A stretch of DNA of 64,000 bases, from the NCBI GenBank assembly GCA_030066595.1, contig JASJBI010000057.1:40021-104020 (forward strand), given 5' to 3'. The stretch is from Alphaproteobacteria bacterium. Lineage in GTDB: Bacteria; Pseudomonadota; Alphaproteobacteria; JAJFFI01. Both the position numbers and the translations under genes were made by a program. Under the pieces are notes generated by a model. The model did no database searches, was not told the origin of the DNA, and saw only the letters and a program-made list of their open reading frames with translations. Shown one piece after another: positions 10,728 to 19,274 of this stretch. The first letter of the stretch is position 1. Every line of letters begins with the position of its first letter.

Positions 10728-12025
10728 CTGACCAGACCGCCCTCCTGATCGCTCTCGTCGTCCTGGTCCCGGTGCTGCTGTCGGGACTGCCGATCGCCTT
10801 TTCCCTGCTTCTCGTGTCGATCGGCTACTTCCTGCTGAGCGGCTCCGACGCGGCGGTCACCGCCTCGAACATGTTCTGGTTTCTGAACAAGTCGGAGCTG
10901 ATCTCAATCCCCTTCTTCATCCTGGCCGCCGATATCCTGGGGCGGAGCCGCGCGACGGACGACCTCGTGGCCGCCGCCGAGGCCCTGTTCGGCTGGCTGC
11001 GCGGCGGGCTCGCGCTGGTCACCATGGTCTCGACCATCGTGTTCAGCGCGATCAGCGGTTCGAGCGTCGCGACCGCGGTGGCCATCGGCCGGGTGATGAT
11101 CCCGAAGCTGGTCGAGGCCGGCTACAACCGCCGCTTCTCGGTCGGGCTGGTGGCGGCGGGCGGCGGGCTCGGCATCCTGATCCCGCCGAGCGTGCCGCTG
11201 ATCATCTACGCGACCGTCGCCGAGATCTCCGTGGCCGACGTGTTCATGGCGGCGACCGGCCCGGGCCTGCTGATGGGCGCCGTGTTCTGCGTCTTCATCG
11301 TGATCATGGGGAACCGGGCGCGCGACCCGAAGGCCCGCTTGGTGGCGCCGGAACTCAGGCCAGGCGACCGCGCGCGCCTGCTGCTGCGGGCCGGGCCCGT
11401 CATCCTGCTGCCCTTTCTGATTCTGGGCGGCATCTACGGCGGCTATTTCACGCCCGGCCAGGCGGCGGCGGTCTCGGTGATTTATGCCGGGGTCCTGAGC
11501 CAGACCTTCTACCGTCGCCCGGGCATGGAGCCGCTCCCCCGGCTGGTCGCCGAGGCCGGGCGGCTGGCGGCGGTCATCCTGCTGATCATGGCGGCCACCT
11601 CCGTGTTCGGCTACATCATCACCCAGAACCGGATTCCCTTTCACTTCGCGCAGTACATCGACGGGCTCGGGCTCTCGCCCTTCGTGTTCCTGATCTGCGT
11701 GAACGTGCTGCTGCTGCTGCTCGGCTGCCTTCTGGAGATCATCTCGGTGATTCTGATCACGCTGCCGATCTTCCTGCCGATCCTGGCGCAGCTCGACATC
11801 AACCCGGTGCACTTCGCCATCGTCATGATCATCAACATGGAGCTTGCCGTGATCACGCCGCCCATCGGCATGAACCTGTTCGTGATCTCGTCGATCAGCG
11901 ATGTGCCGCTGTTGCGGGTGTTCCAGGGCACGCTGCCGTTCGTGGGACTGATGCTCGCCATGCTGCTGCTCACCACCTACTCAGAGGCGGTGGCGTTGGC
12001 CACGTTGCGGCTCTTCGGCGGGTAG
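10724..12025 (+). CDS. dctM: TRAP transporter large permease (DctM family)
   Basis: LTDQTALLIALVVLVPVLLSGLPIAFSLLL... is a typical DctM N-terminus. The TTG start at 10724 overlaps the dctQ stop; the track's 10277 start is an out-of-context extension. Confidence 0.8.
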   Translation: MTDQTALLIALVVLVPVLLSGLPIAFSLLLVSIGYFLLSGSDAAVTASNMFWFLNKSELISIPFFILAADILGRSRATDDLVAAAEALFGWLRGGLALVTMVSTIVFSAISGSSVATAVAIGRVMIPKLVEAGYNRRFSVGLVAAGGGLGILIPPSVPLIIYATVAEISVADVFMAATGPGLLMGAVFCVFIVIMGNRARDPKARLVAPELRPGDRARLLLRAGPVILLPFLILGGIYGGYFTPGQAAAVSVIYAGVLSQTFYRRPGMEPLPRLVAEAGRLAAVILLIMAATSVFGYIITQNRIPFHFAQYIDGLGLSPFVFLICVNVLLLLLGCLLEIISVILITLPIFLPILAQLDINPVHFAIVMIINMELAVITPPIGMNLFVISSISDVPLLRVFQGTLPFVGLMLAMLLLTTYSEAVALATLRLFGG

Positions 12026-12074
12026 CGCATGATCGGGTTCGGCATTTCGGACAGACACATCGGATCCTGAAGCC

Positions 12075-12542
12075 ATGTCTGACAAGATCGTTCCGCTCCA
12101 TCGTCTGCCGCCGGGCGCGCCCTACTGGGAGGTCGGTGGTCTCGTCGACCGTACCGAGGTCACGTTGGCGCTGCACGGCGACGACCTCGACCCGCCCGAG
12201 ATCACGCGGCGCATCGGCCGCGAGCCGACCCACGCCCACCGCCGCGGCGAGCCGAGCGAGGGCCCCAAAGTCAAGATTCCCTACAAGTCCGGGGCGTGGC
12301 TGCTGACCGTGGATGTGGAAGCCCCGGAGGGGCCGGAAGAAGCCACGGAAGAGCTGCTCGACCTCCTGCCCGACGACCAGGGCCTCTGGCAGGAGCTGTC
12401 TGAGCGGTATGACATGTATTTCTCCTACGGGATCTTCTTCGACGGCGTCAACCGGGGGTTCACGCTTTCCGCCGATCTGCAGCGGCGCCTCGCGACATAC
12501 CACGCCGATCTCAGTTTCGACCTGTACTCGAACCAGTCTTAG
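12075..12542 (+). CDS. Small cytoplasmic protein, DUF4279-like
   Basis: 155 aa. The pattern LALHGDDLDPPEITRRIGREPTHAHRRGEP...GAWLL...YDMYFSYGIFFDG...LSFDLY resembles my memory of DUF4279; that assignment is unverified. It is convergent with the zinc-ribbon gene. Confidence 0.5.
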   Translation: MSDKIVPLHRLPPGAPYWEVGGLVDRTEVTLALHGDDLDPPEITRRIGREPTHAHRRGEPSEGPKVKIPYKSGAWLLTVDVEAPEGPEEATEELLDLLPDDQGLWQELSERYDMYFSYGIFFDGVNRGFTLSADLQRRLATYHADLSFDLYSNQS

Positions 12543-12581
12543 CGGGATGACCGTGCTGCGCCCAGTCGGTCGGATCGTGCT

Positions 12582-13961
12582 TCAGATGCGGTGGCCGCAC
12601 TGGGTACAGAACTTCTTGCCGCGGCCGAGCTTGGCGCCGCATTTGACGCAGTGCTTGGCGGCAGCCGAAGCCGGTCGGCGCGACTTGGTGGTCGAACCGC
12701 GCTTGCCGGGCCGCCGCTGACTGACTGCGGCTTTCGGCGCTTTCCGCGTGCGGCTGGCTGTCTTGGATTTTGCTGTTGCCGCCGTGCCCGCCGCGGCGCG
12801 CTTGGCCCTCTTTGGGGCCGCGCGAGGCGGCGCATCCGGTTTCGAACGCCGTGGGCGCGCGGCGGCTGCCTTCGGTGCCGCGGCCTTCGCCCGTGACCGA
12901 GCTTTGCCGGCCGGGCTCGCGGGGGAGACTTTTGGCGCCGATGCCGCCCTGGCCCGGCCGGACGCGGACCCAGCGAGCGAGTCGTCGACGATGGCAAAGG
13001 CGGTGTCAGCGGCCACGTCCGACAGCACGAGGCTCGCGGCACGGCCCGGCGGCCCGTCCCAGACACCGAGCAAGAGCCCGCCAGGCGCTCTGATCAGCAT
13101 GAGCCAGTCGACGGTCACGTCCCGGCCATCGGTCGCCATGACAATCAAGGAGCTGACCACCTGCGCTTCACTGAGCGCGCTGGCGACGCCCAGCCCAACG
13201 GTGGTCACCCGGCCCTCGGCATCGACCAGGCCCGAGGCGCCCAACTCCCGTACGCCGGCCTCGAGGACCTCGAGGCTTCGATCGCCGGCGATCGCTCCGG
13301 CGCTCACCAACGCCATCAAGGTGACGACGGCGCGCGTATCCGGCCGGTCGAGACCAAGTTCCGTCATGTGCGTCAGGTCCGTCAGATCGATGGGTGCGGC
13401 GGCAACGCTCATGAGGTCCGGGACGCGCGCCAGCCGGCTCTGCAGCTGGTCCTCGCTCAGCCGATCGGCGATTGCGGCGAGGGCCGTCAGAGCCTTGGTG
13501 CTGAGGCGCACCGAAAACCCGCTGTCCTGCGCCGGACCCGCGGTCAGGCCGCAGAGGTCGTCCAGGATGGCCATGAGCTGGTCGCGCGCCGTCAACAGCG
13601 CCAGGTCCCAGTCGCCCGCCTCGTCAATGGACAGCATGGCATAGGGTCCGTCCGCGCCATCGCACGCAAAGCGCGCCTCGATCGACACCGGACTGCCCGG
13701 CCGATAGCTGCTCACGTTGATTGACTGCGTCGGCGCGGCCAGCACGCGGAACAGGCATTCAGCCTCCGCCACAAGCTTGGCTTTGCCACGGCGCACATGG
13801 TTCGGCAGCGACGTCGCAGGCTCGGGCAGGCCCGCATAAAGCTGCGCGTCGGGCGGCGCTGCCCCCAGCACGGCGAAGCAGCCGGCCACCTCCGCCGGGC
13901 TCAGGATGAACCGGGCCGGCGCCAGGTCGCTAGGGCTGCTGCTGGTCGGTTTGGAACTCAT
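12582..13961 (-). CDS. Uncharacterised protein with a Lys/Ala/Pro-rich basic tail and a C-terminal double zinc ribbon
   Basis: The C-terminus has AKP-rich repeats (KAAAPKAAAARPRRSKPDAPPRAAPKRAKRAAAG...) followed by CVKCGAKLGRGKKFCTQCGHRI. The most plausible start (MSSKPTSS, 13961) overlaps the upstream gene's stop by 32 nt; the track's 14075 start is probably an extension. Confidence 0.55.
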   Translation of the reverse strand: MSSKPTSSSPSDLAPARFILSPAEVAGCFAVLGAAPPDAQLYAGLPEPATSLPNHVRRGKAKLVAEAECLFRVLAAPTQSINVSSYRPGSPVSIEARFACDGADGPYAMLSIDEAGDWDLALLTARDQLMAILDDLCGLTAGPAQDSGFSVRLSTKALTALAAIADRLSEDQLQSRLARVPDLMSVAAAPIDLTDLTHMTELGLDRPDTRAVVTLMALVSAGAIAGDRSLEVLEAGVRELGASGLVDAEGRVTTVGLGVASALSEAQVVSSLIVMATDGRDVTVDWLMLIRAPGGLLLGVWDGPPGRAASLVLSDVAADTAFAIVDDSLAGSASGRARAASAPKVSPASPAGKARSRAKAAAPKAAAARPRRSKPDAPPRAAPKRAKRAAAGTAATAKSKTASRTRKAPKAAVSQRRPGKRGSTTKSRRPASAAAKHCVKCGAKLGRGKKFCTQCGHRI

Positions 13962-16900
13962 CCCGCCATCCCTTGACCACGAGCTTGGGTGTCGACGCCG
14001 TGGCGCCCGGCGCAGCGGCACCCGGCACGGGGGCGCCGCCGCCGCGCAACTTCTGGAGACCTTCGACATAGGCACTCATCTGCCCGGCCAGCTGCTCCGT
14101 GCCGGTGCCCATGCGCGCCAGCACGGCTTCGGCCTGCGCCGGGGTCAGGTGCCCCGTCTGCACTTGTTTCAGCACATTGACGCCCTCGGACAGGGAGCGC
14201 GGGATCGTGGCACCCGGGGCGTTGCCCAGCGCCTGCATCGCGCGGGTGCGCGTGACCACCATGTTGCCGTACTGCTTGACGAGCTGGCGCTGCGCCTCCT
14301 CCTCGAGGGCAACGGCGGCTTCGAGCAGCTTTTGCTTTTGACCGGGGGTGCTCGCGGACGCCGCCGCGCGCTTCAACTCGTCGGCTTCCTTCATCCAGTG
14401 ATTGACCTTGAATTCGACCGTCTTGGCGGTGACGGCGGGGTCAATGAAGTCGCGGCCGCGATACGCGTCCTTGGTTGCGGTATCGAGGTCGCCCTGGCCA
14501 GTGCCATAGGCTTCCGGGTGCAGCCGATCGGTGGTCGCCTGGTCGAGCCGCTTGGCGAGCTTGTCGGCGTCCAAGATATCGTTCGGGTCGGCCAGATGCT
14601 CGGACGGGCTCAGATGGGTGTCCTTGAAATCGACGCTCGACTGCTGGGCCGCCATCTCCGCTCGTGGCTGCCGGCTCGGGGTTGGCGCGTCATCGACCCC
14701 CTTGGCTGCCTTGTAGAGCTCTTCGTTGTAGATCCGCGCCGTCGTGGTCGACGGGACGTCCTCCATGATCACGCGTCCGGTGTGGGGATCGACGGTCCGG
14801 ACGCGCATGGTCAGGTCGCGGTCGAAGCTCGCCTTGTTGCCCTTGGGCTCGCGAGCGGCCTGGGCCGCGTCCGCGGGCGATTGCGACGGGCCGGTGCCCG
14901 TCGTATCTGCGGCGCTGCCCCGGCTTGCCTCGGCCCGGCTGCCGGTCACGCCGCCGTCGGGCTCCCAATGTGACGCATGACCCCAGTTCTCGCGCGGCGG
15001 GGCGCGTGGGTCGATCTTCATGCCCGCTTCGCCCGGCATGTTGGTGATGGTCACGACCTGAACGTCTTCCGGTCGCACGCCATACTCCTCGGCGAGCCGG
15101 GCCTTGGTCCCGCGATCGGCCTGCTCGTATATCGCATCCATCTCGCCGTTGAACTCTTTGATGACGGCGTTCTCGCCGTCCGTCTTGGGCAGCCTGTTCA
15201 ACTCGTTCATGGCATGCTTGTCGGCCTGAACGCGGAGCACGTCTTCGCGCATCTGGCGTTCCAGCGCGGCGATCTGGTCGGGTGTCGCGGTGCCGCTCGC
15301 CCTGGCGGCCTCCAGCTCCTCGATCGAACGGCTCAGCGCCTCGACCTTCTCGCGCCCAGCGGCCCGGCCGCTCTCGAAGTGGTCATCCATCTCGCGCGTG
15401 ACCCCTGAGTCCCGCGTTTCGGCGGCAATGCGCTCGGTCTCCGCCGACAGCTGCGCCTCGTTGAACCTGGTCTCGGCGAGATCGGGCGTCAGGCGGTGCG
15501 ATCCACCATCGGGCGTCAGGCGGCCCGATCCCCCGAGGCCGATCCCATCGAGCGCCGACTCGATCGCTTCCGTGCCGGTCTTGTTGAGGGCGTTGACGCG
15601 TTCCGAAACGGCCGTCGTCATATCCGAGATGCCACGCTTGAGATTGGCGTGGGTCTCGGCGTCCAACACCCGTTTGGCGACCGAGTCCAGCGCCGCGCCA
15701 GGCTCTACGCCCGCAACCTCGGCAATATCCAGTCCGGCCGCCGCATCGGCAAACATGCTGACGCCGAGTTCCGTCCAGGAAACCTTCTCGCCGCGGCGCA
15801 TACGGACGAGCGCATCGACCGTGTTGACCGGCAGGTTCTCCCTGACGAACTCGCCCGTGACGGTGTTCAGCACGTCGGTCGATGTGAAGTCCTTGCCCTG
15901 ATCGACGGCCCGGTGCACGCTCGTCTGGACCGCTTGGAGCGTGGTGCCGCTTTGAAACACAGCCTCGCTCCATCCTTTCGTTGCGACGCCTAGAATTGCT
16001 CGCTTCCAGAAGCTGTTGGACGCGTCTTTGAAGCCATGGTGTGCGGCGTCCTGCAGAATGTCGACCGTCGAGGTGCGTCCGAGCTTGTGATCCGGCATCG
16101 CCAGGTCCCGGGACAGGCGGCTTCGCAGCGCTCCTTTGAGCCTGTTCACATAGTCGATATTGACGGAGCCATCGTCATTGTAGATCTGGCCGTGATGGCT
16201 GCGCGCCAGGATCTCGTCGAGCCCCATGTGCTCGGCCGCCTTGCGGATGCGGTCGATATCGTCGATGGCCGCGCGCCGCTCCGCTTCCCCGCGGCGGATC
16301 TCGGCCTCTTTCCGGCGCTCGGCCTCGATCTGTTCCTTCGCGCGTTTCTTGAGCTCTTTGCGCCGGTCGTCGGACTCGCGTTCGAACGCGGTGGCGTCGC
16401 GCCGGCGCTGCTCCACCTCGCGCTCGAGCGCGGCGACCGCCCGTTCGGCTTGCGCACGGGAAAGCCAACGCCAGTTGCCCTTCTTGTCGGGCGCCCAGAC
16501 CTGGCCCTTGGCATTGACCTGGAGGGGCTGGCCGTCCCGCGGATCGATCAGCGGCGGCGGGCGCGCAACCGGCGGTCGGGGCGGGGCGGGTGGCTGGTGC
16601 GTCGGGCGTCCGCCGATGGCGTCGAGAATATCCTGCGTCGTGACATCGACCCCCGCCTGGACGGCGTTGGCGATCGCCGTGGCTACGGCCTGGGCGACGC
16701 TGACGGCGATCCCCGCCGCCACCAGGACCGAGGCGATGACGGCTGCCGCCGCCGCCGCCTCGTCCGAGGACAGCTCGATCTGGCCACCTTGGAACTGTCC
16801 GCCAAGGACGCCGAGGATGTTCCGGATCCAGAGCCAGATGCCTCCGCCTGGCCGCGGGAGATCCTTGCAAAGCTGATCAGAGAACTTCCGGTGATACCCT

Positions 16901-17175
16901 AGGAACTCGTCAAAGCAAAAGCAGTGAACGGCCCACCACCGGCAATCTCGGATGCGGTTCCCCCGGCGCCGTAAGGGCCGCTGGGCAAGAGTCGTGATCT
17001 CGTCAGTGTGCTGCGATCCCGGGAACAACCGCAGGGGTAGATCGACGTCATGGCCGATGGACGCCGGAAGCGGTGCACTTGATTGTTCGGCTTCGGCTCC
17101 CGTTGCGGCCTGCACGCCCTGCCCAAGTCCGCACAGCAGGACGCCGATGGCGAGGTATCGCAGCAGCCTTGTCAT
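13930..17175 (-). CDS. Large (about 1080 aa) uncharacterised envelope protein with signal peptide, Cys-containing N-domain, hydrophobic segment, Pro-rich linker, coiled coil and a long acidic region
   Basis: Start at 17175 (MTRLLRYLAIGVLLCGLGQGVQA, SD GGGGA upstream), not the track's 17598. It then has a Cys-rich segment (RDCRWWAVHCFCFDEF...LCKD), an Ala/Val-rich hydrophobic stretch, PPAPPRPPVARPPPL, a charged coiled coil (ERRKEAEIRRGEAERR) and an acidic remainder. No enzymatic motif recognised. An uninterrupted ORF of this length with protein-like composition is unlikely to be spurious. Confidence 0.6.
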   Translation of the reverse strand: MTRLLRYLAIGVLLCGLGQGVQAATGAEAEQSSAPLPASIGHDVDLPLRLFPGSQHTDEITTLAQRPLRRRGNRIRDCRWWAVHCFCFDEFLGYHRKFSDQLCKDLPRPGGGIWLWIRNILGVLGGQFQGGQIELSSDEAAAAAAVIASVLVAAGIAVSVAQAVATAIANAVQAGVDVTTQDILDAIGGRPTHQPPAPPRPPVARPPPLIDPRDGQPLQVNAKGQVWAPDKKGNWRWLSRAQAERAVAALEREVEQRRRDATAFERESDDRRKELKKRAKEQIEAERRKEAEIRRGEAERRAAIDDIDRIRKAAEHMGLDEILARSHHGQIYNDDGSVNIDYVNRLKGALRSRLSRDLAMPDHKLGRTSTVDILQDAAHHGFKDASNSFWKRAILGVATKGWSEAVFQSGTTLQAVQTSVHRAVDQGKDFTSTDVLNTVTGEFVRENLPVNTVDALVRMRRGEKVSWTELGVSMFADAAAGLDIAEVAGVEPGAALDSVAKRVLDAETHANLKRGISDMTTAVSERVNALNKTGTEAIESALDGIGLGGSGRLTPDGGSHRLTPDLAETRFNEAQLSAETERIAAETRDSGVTREMDDHFESGRAAGREKVEALSRSIEELEAARASGTATPDQIAALERQMREDVLRVQADKHAMNELNRLPKTDGENAVIKEFNGEMDAIYEQADRGTKARLAEEYGVRPEDVQVVTITNMPGEAGMKIDPRAPPRENWGHASHWEPDGGVTGSRAEASRGSAADTTGTGPSQSPADAAQAAREPKGNKASFDRDLTMRVRTVDPHTGRVIMEDVPSTTTARIYNEELYKAAKGVDDAPTPSRQPRAEMAAQQSSVDFKDTHLSPSEHLADPNDILDADKLAKRLDQATTDRLHPEAYGTGQGDLDTATKDAYRGRDFIDPAVTAKTVEFKVNHWMKEADELKRAAASASTPGQKQKLLEAAVALEEEAQRQLVKQYGNMVVTRTRAMQALGNAPGATIPRSLSEGVNVLKQVQTGHLTPAQAEAVLARMGTGTEQLAGQMSAYVEGLQKLRGGGAPVPGAAAPGATASTPKLVVKGWRDEFQTDQQQP

Positions 17176-17210
17176 GGCCGCGCCATTATCCCCATTACAC
17201 GATCGCAGTC

Positions 17211-17831
17211 TCATCTGGCGCTCTCCCGCACCACCCGCATCCGCACGAACAGCAGGAGGGACACGGTCGCCAGCATCGCCGTGGTGAACGCGCCGGTCAT
17301 GACGCCGCCCTGAACGAGGAAGGCTTGCGATCCGACCACCGACAGGAACTGGGTCAATCCATAGGTGACGGCCCACGCGATCAGGTAGCCCGTGGTCCGT
17401 TGAGCCATCAGGGACCCGTCGGCCACGTAGACGTGGTGGGCGCGGCCGCGGTATGCGCCGACGACCAGGCCCAGCAAGATGATCCCGAGCAGCAGGACCG
17501 GCGGCGGCAGATCGCGGTTCAGAACGGCGAGTTGCACCGCATAGCACCCGAAGGCGGCGAGCGGCGGCATGAGGCAGGCGATCCAATTGAGCCGCCATGG
17601 CCTCCGGTAGGTCCAGAGGAGCATGCCGAAGGACCCCGCGAAGAGCCAGATCAGACCTATGACGACTTGCCCGGAGGCGAGCAGGAAGAAGCCCGGGCCT
17701 AGAACCGCGGCGCTCATCGCCAAACTCTTGGCGAGGCTCTTGCCGCCGGCCGCGACCACGCGCCGCACCATTTCGGCCTTCAATTGGGCCGATTGTTTCG
17801 AGGCCTTGGTGCGTCGCGGTCTTGCAGGCAT
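17211..17831 (-). CDS. Integral membrane protein of unknown function
   Basis: 206 aa with a basic N-terminus and four to five hydrophobic helices. It lies immediately upstream of, and on the same strand as, the large protein gene (35-nt gap). Confidence 0.55.
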   Translation of the reverse strand: MPARPRRTKASKQSAQLKAEMVRRVVAAGGKSLAKSLAMSAAVLGPGFFLLASGQVVIGLIWLFAGSFGMLLWTYRRPWRLNWIACLMPPLAAFGCYAVQLAVLNRDLPPPVLLLGIILLGLVVGAYRGRAHHVYVADGSLMAQRTTGYLIAWAVTYGLTQFLSVVGSQAFLVQGGVMTGAFTTAMLATVSLLLFVRMRVVRESAR

Positions 17832-17949
17832 CTACGCCGCCCTTCCGCGACGGCGCCGGCCACCACCGCTGCCAGCGGTGGTCTCACCGCGCGAAGGCAA
17901 CGTCCGTCTCCTCCTGCCGGACGGATATGCTAGTCTTTCCGCTTAGGCG

Positions 17950-18324
17950 GTGGCAAGGGGAGCGGCGATGGCCGGGAAGTGCCCCGACTGTGGTGGCAGC
18001 GTCGCCAAGACTGACAAATTCTGCGGTCATTGCGGCGCGCCCGTTCGCGCGCCTCGGGCGCCGAGCAAGGCCCCGGCAAGCGTCCTACCTCCGGCGGCGC
18101 GCCCAACGCTCTCCGGTTTCGCGCTGTTTCGCGCGGTCGTCGAGGGCGTGGTGTGGTTCCTCGCCGCCTATGGTGTGCTCGCGGTCATAGACTATGTTCT
18201 GCGGTACCGCGGCTATTATGGTCTTCAAGACCTCATATGGCTGAGGGTCTTGATTTCCATCGCGGTCGGCGTGATCGCGTTCGTTTGGAAGCAGGGGTCT
18301 CTGCGTACCGACCGGCCGACCTGA
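17950..18324 (+). CDS. Zinc-ribbon domain membrane protein
   Basis: N-terminal CPDCGGSVAKTDKFCGHCGAPV zinc ribbon followed by two hydrophobic helices. Divergent from the membrane/large-protein operon. Confidence 0.5.
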   Translation: MARGAAMAGKCPDCGGSVAKTDKFCGHCGAPVRAPRAPSKAPASVLPPAARPTLSGFALFRAVVEGVVWFLAAYGVLAVIDYVLRYRGYYGLQDLIWLRVLISIAVGVIAFVWKQGSLRTDRPT

Positions 18325-18371
18325 CACAGGAGGGGAGGCGTCGCTCCGACAGTGGTCTCGGGGCGACCTCT

Positions 18372-19199
18372 CTAAGCCCGTGCCCTCACGCGCATCTCGA
18401 TCGGGCCCTTGGCGCGGCCATTGATCATCTGCTGCAGGTAGGGGTTGTCCGATGCGTCGATCTCGCTGGTTGCCCCGGCCCAGACGATGACGCCTTCGTG
18501 CAGCATGAACAGGTAGTCGTAGACGTGGCGCGCGGACGCCATGTCGCTGGTGATGCAGAAGGCGGTGGAGCCGAGCTCGCGCACATTTCGGTCGATCATG
18601 ACGTTGATGGTGCCGGTCGTGATCGGATCGAGACCGGCCGTCGGCTCGTCCAGCAGGAGGAGGGCAGGATCGCCCGCTATGGCCCGGGCGAAACCCACCC
18701 GCTTCTGCATGCCGCCGGACAGTTCGGCCGGGTAGAGGTTCGCCGTCTCGGGCGGCAGATTGACCATGGCGAGTTTCTGAACCGCCATGTCCTTGGCGTC
18801 CCTGCGGCCGACGCCCAAGGTGTTGATCAGCTTGAAGCTGATGTTCTCCCAGACCGGCAGGCTGTCGAACAGTCCGCCTTGCTGGAACAGCACGCCGAAG
18901 GTTTCCATCAGCTTTTCCCGCTCGCGGTCCTTGAGCCCGGCCATATCCTGCCCGTCCACCGCGATGGTGCCCGCGTCCGGCGAATAGAGCCCGGCCAAGC
19001 ACTTCATCAGCACCGTCTTGCCGGATGCCGCCGGGCCGATGAGCACCGATTTCTTACCCGCCGGCAAGTCCAGATCCACGCCGCGCAGGACCTGGTTCCC
19101 TCCGAAGCTCATGGTGAGCCCGGAGATCCGCACCTTGGTTTCCATATTGGCCGGCATTGCGTGGGGGTCCCCCTCATGAACTCCGTTCGGCGCAGACAT
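18372..19199 (-). CDS. ABC transporter ATP-binding protein, MlaF/Ttg2A-like, with no adjacent permease
   Basis: Walker A GPAASGKTV, signature LSGGMQKRVGFARA and Walker B LLLLDEPTAGLD. The start is uncertain (19199, 19157 or 19145). Confidence 0.75.
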   Translation of the reverse strand: MSAPNGVHEGDPHAMPANMETKVRISGLTMSFGGNQVLRGVDLDLPAGKKSVLIGPAASGKTVLMKCLAGLYSPDAGTIAVDGQDMAGLKDREREKLMETFGVLFQQGGLFDSLPVWENISFKLINTLGVGRRDAKDMAVQKLAMVNLPPETANLYPAELSGGMQKRVGFARAIAGDPALLLLDEPTAGLDPITTGTINVMIDRNVRELGSTAFCITSDMASARHVYDYLFMLHEGVIVWAGATSEIDASDNPYLQQMINGRAKGPIEMRVRARA

Positions 19200-19274
19200 C
19201 GGATCTCTTTCACCGACTGACCGCGATCACCACGGGATCCTATGCGCGCAAGCCGCTCTTGCAAGAGCCGTGTT

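Noticed and set aside
12582-14075. Track N-terminus (MPMSKVSRSC...) of the zinc-ribbon protein, extending 114 nt further upstream into the large gene.
   Set aside because: The extension is Arg/Pro/Ala-rich and would overlap the large gene by about 145 nt. An internal ATG at 13961 with an SD-like GGATGG upstream gives a more conventional 32-nt overlap. The true start remains uncertain.
17866-17884. Short hairpin CCACCGC-tgcca-GCGGTGG in the divergent promoter region between the membrane gene and the zinc-ribbon TM gene.
   Set aside because: A 7-bp stem is too short to be significant in a GC-rich sequence. Noted only as a possible regulatory site.
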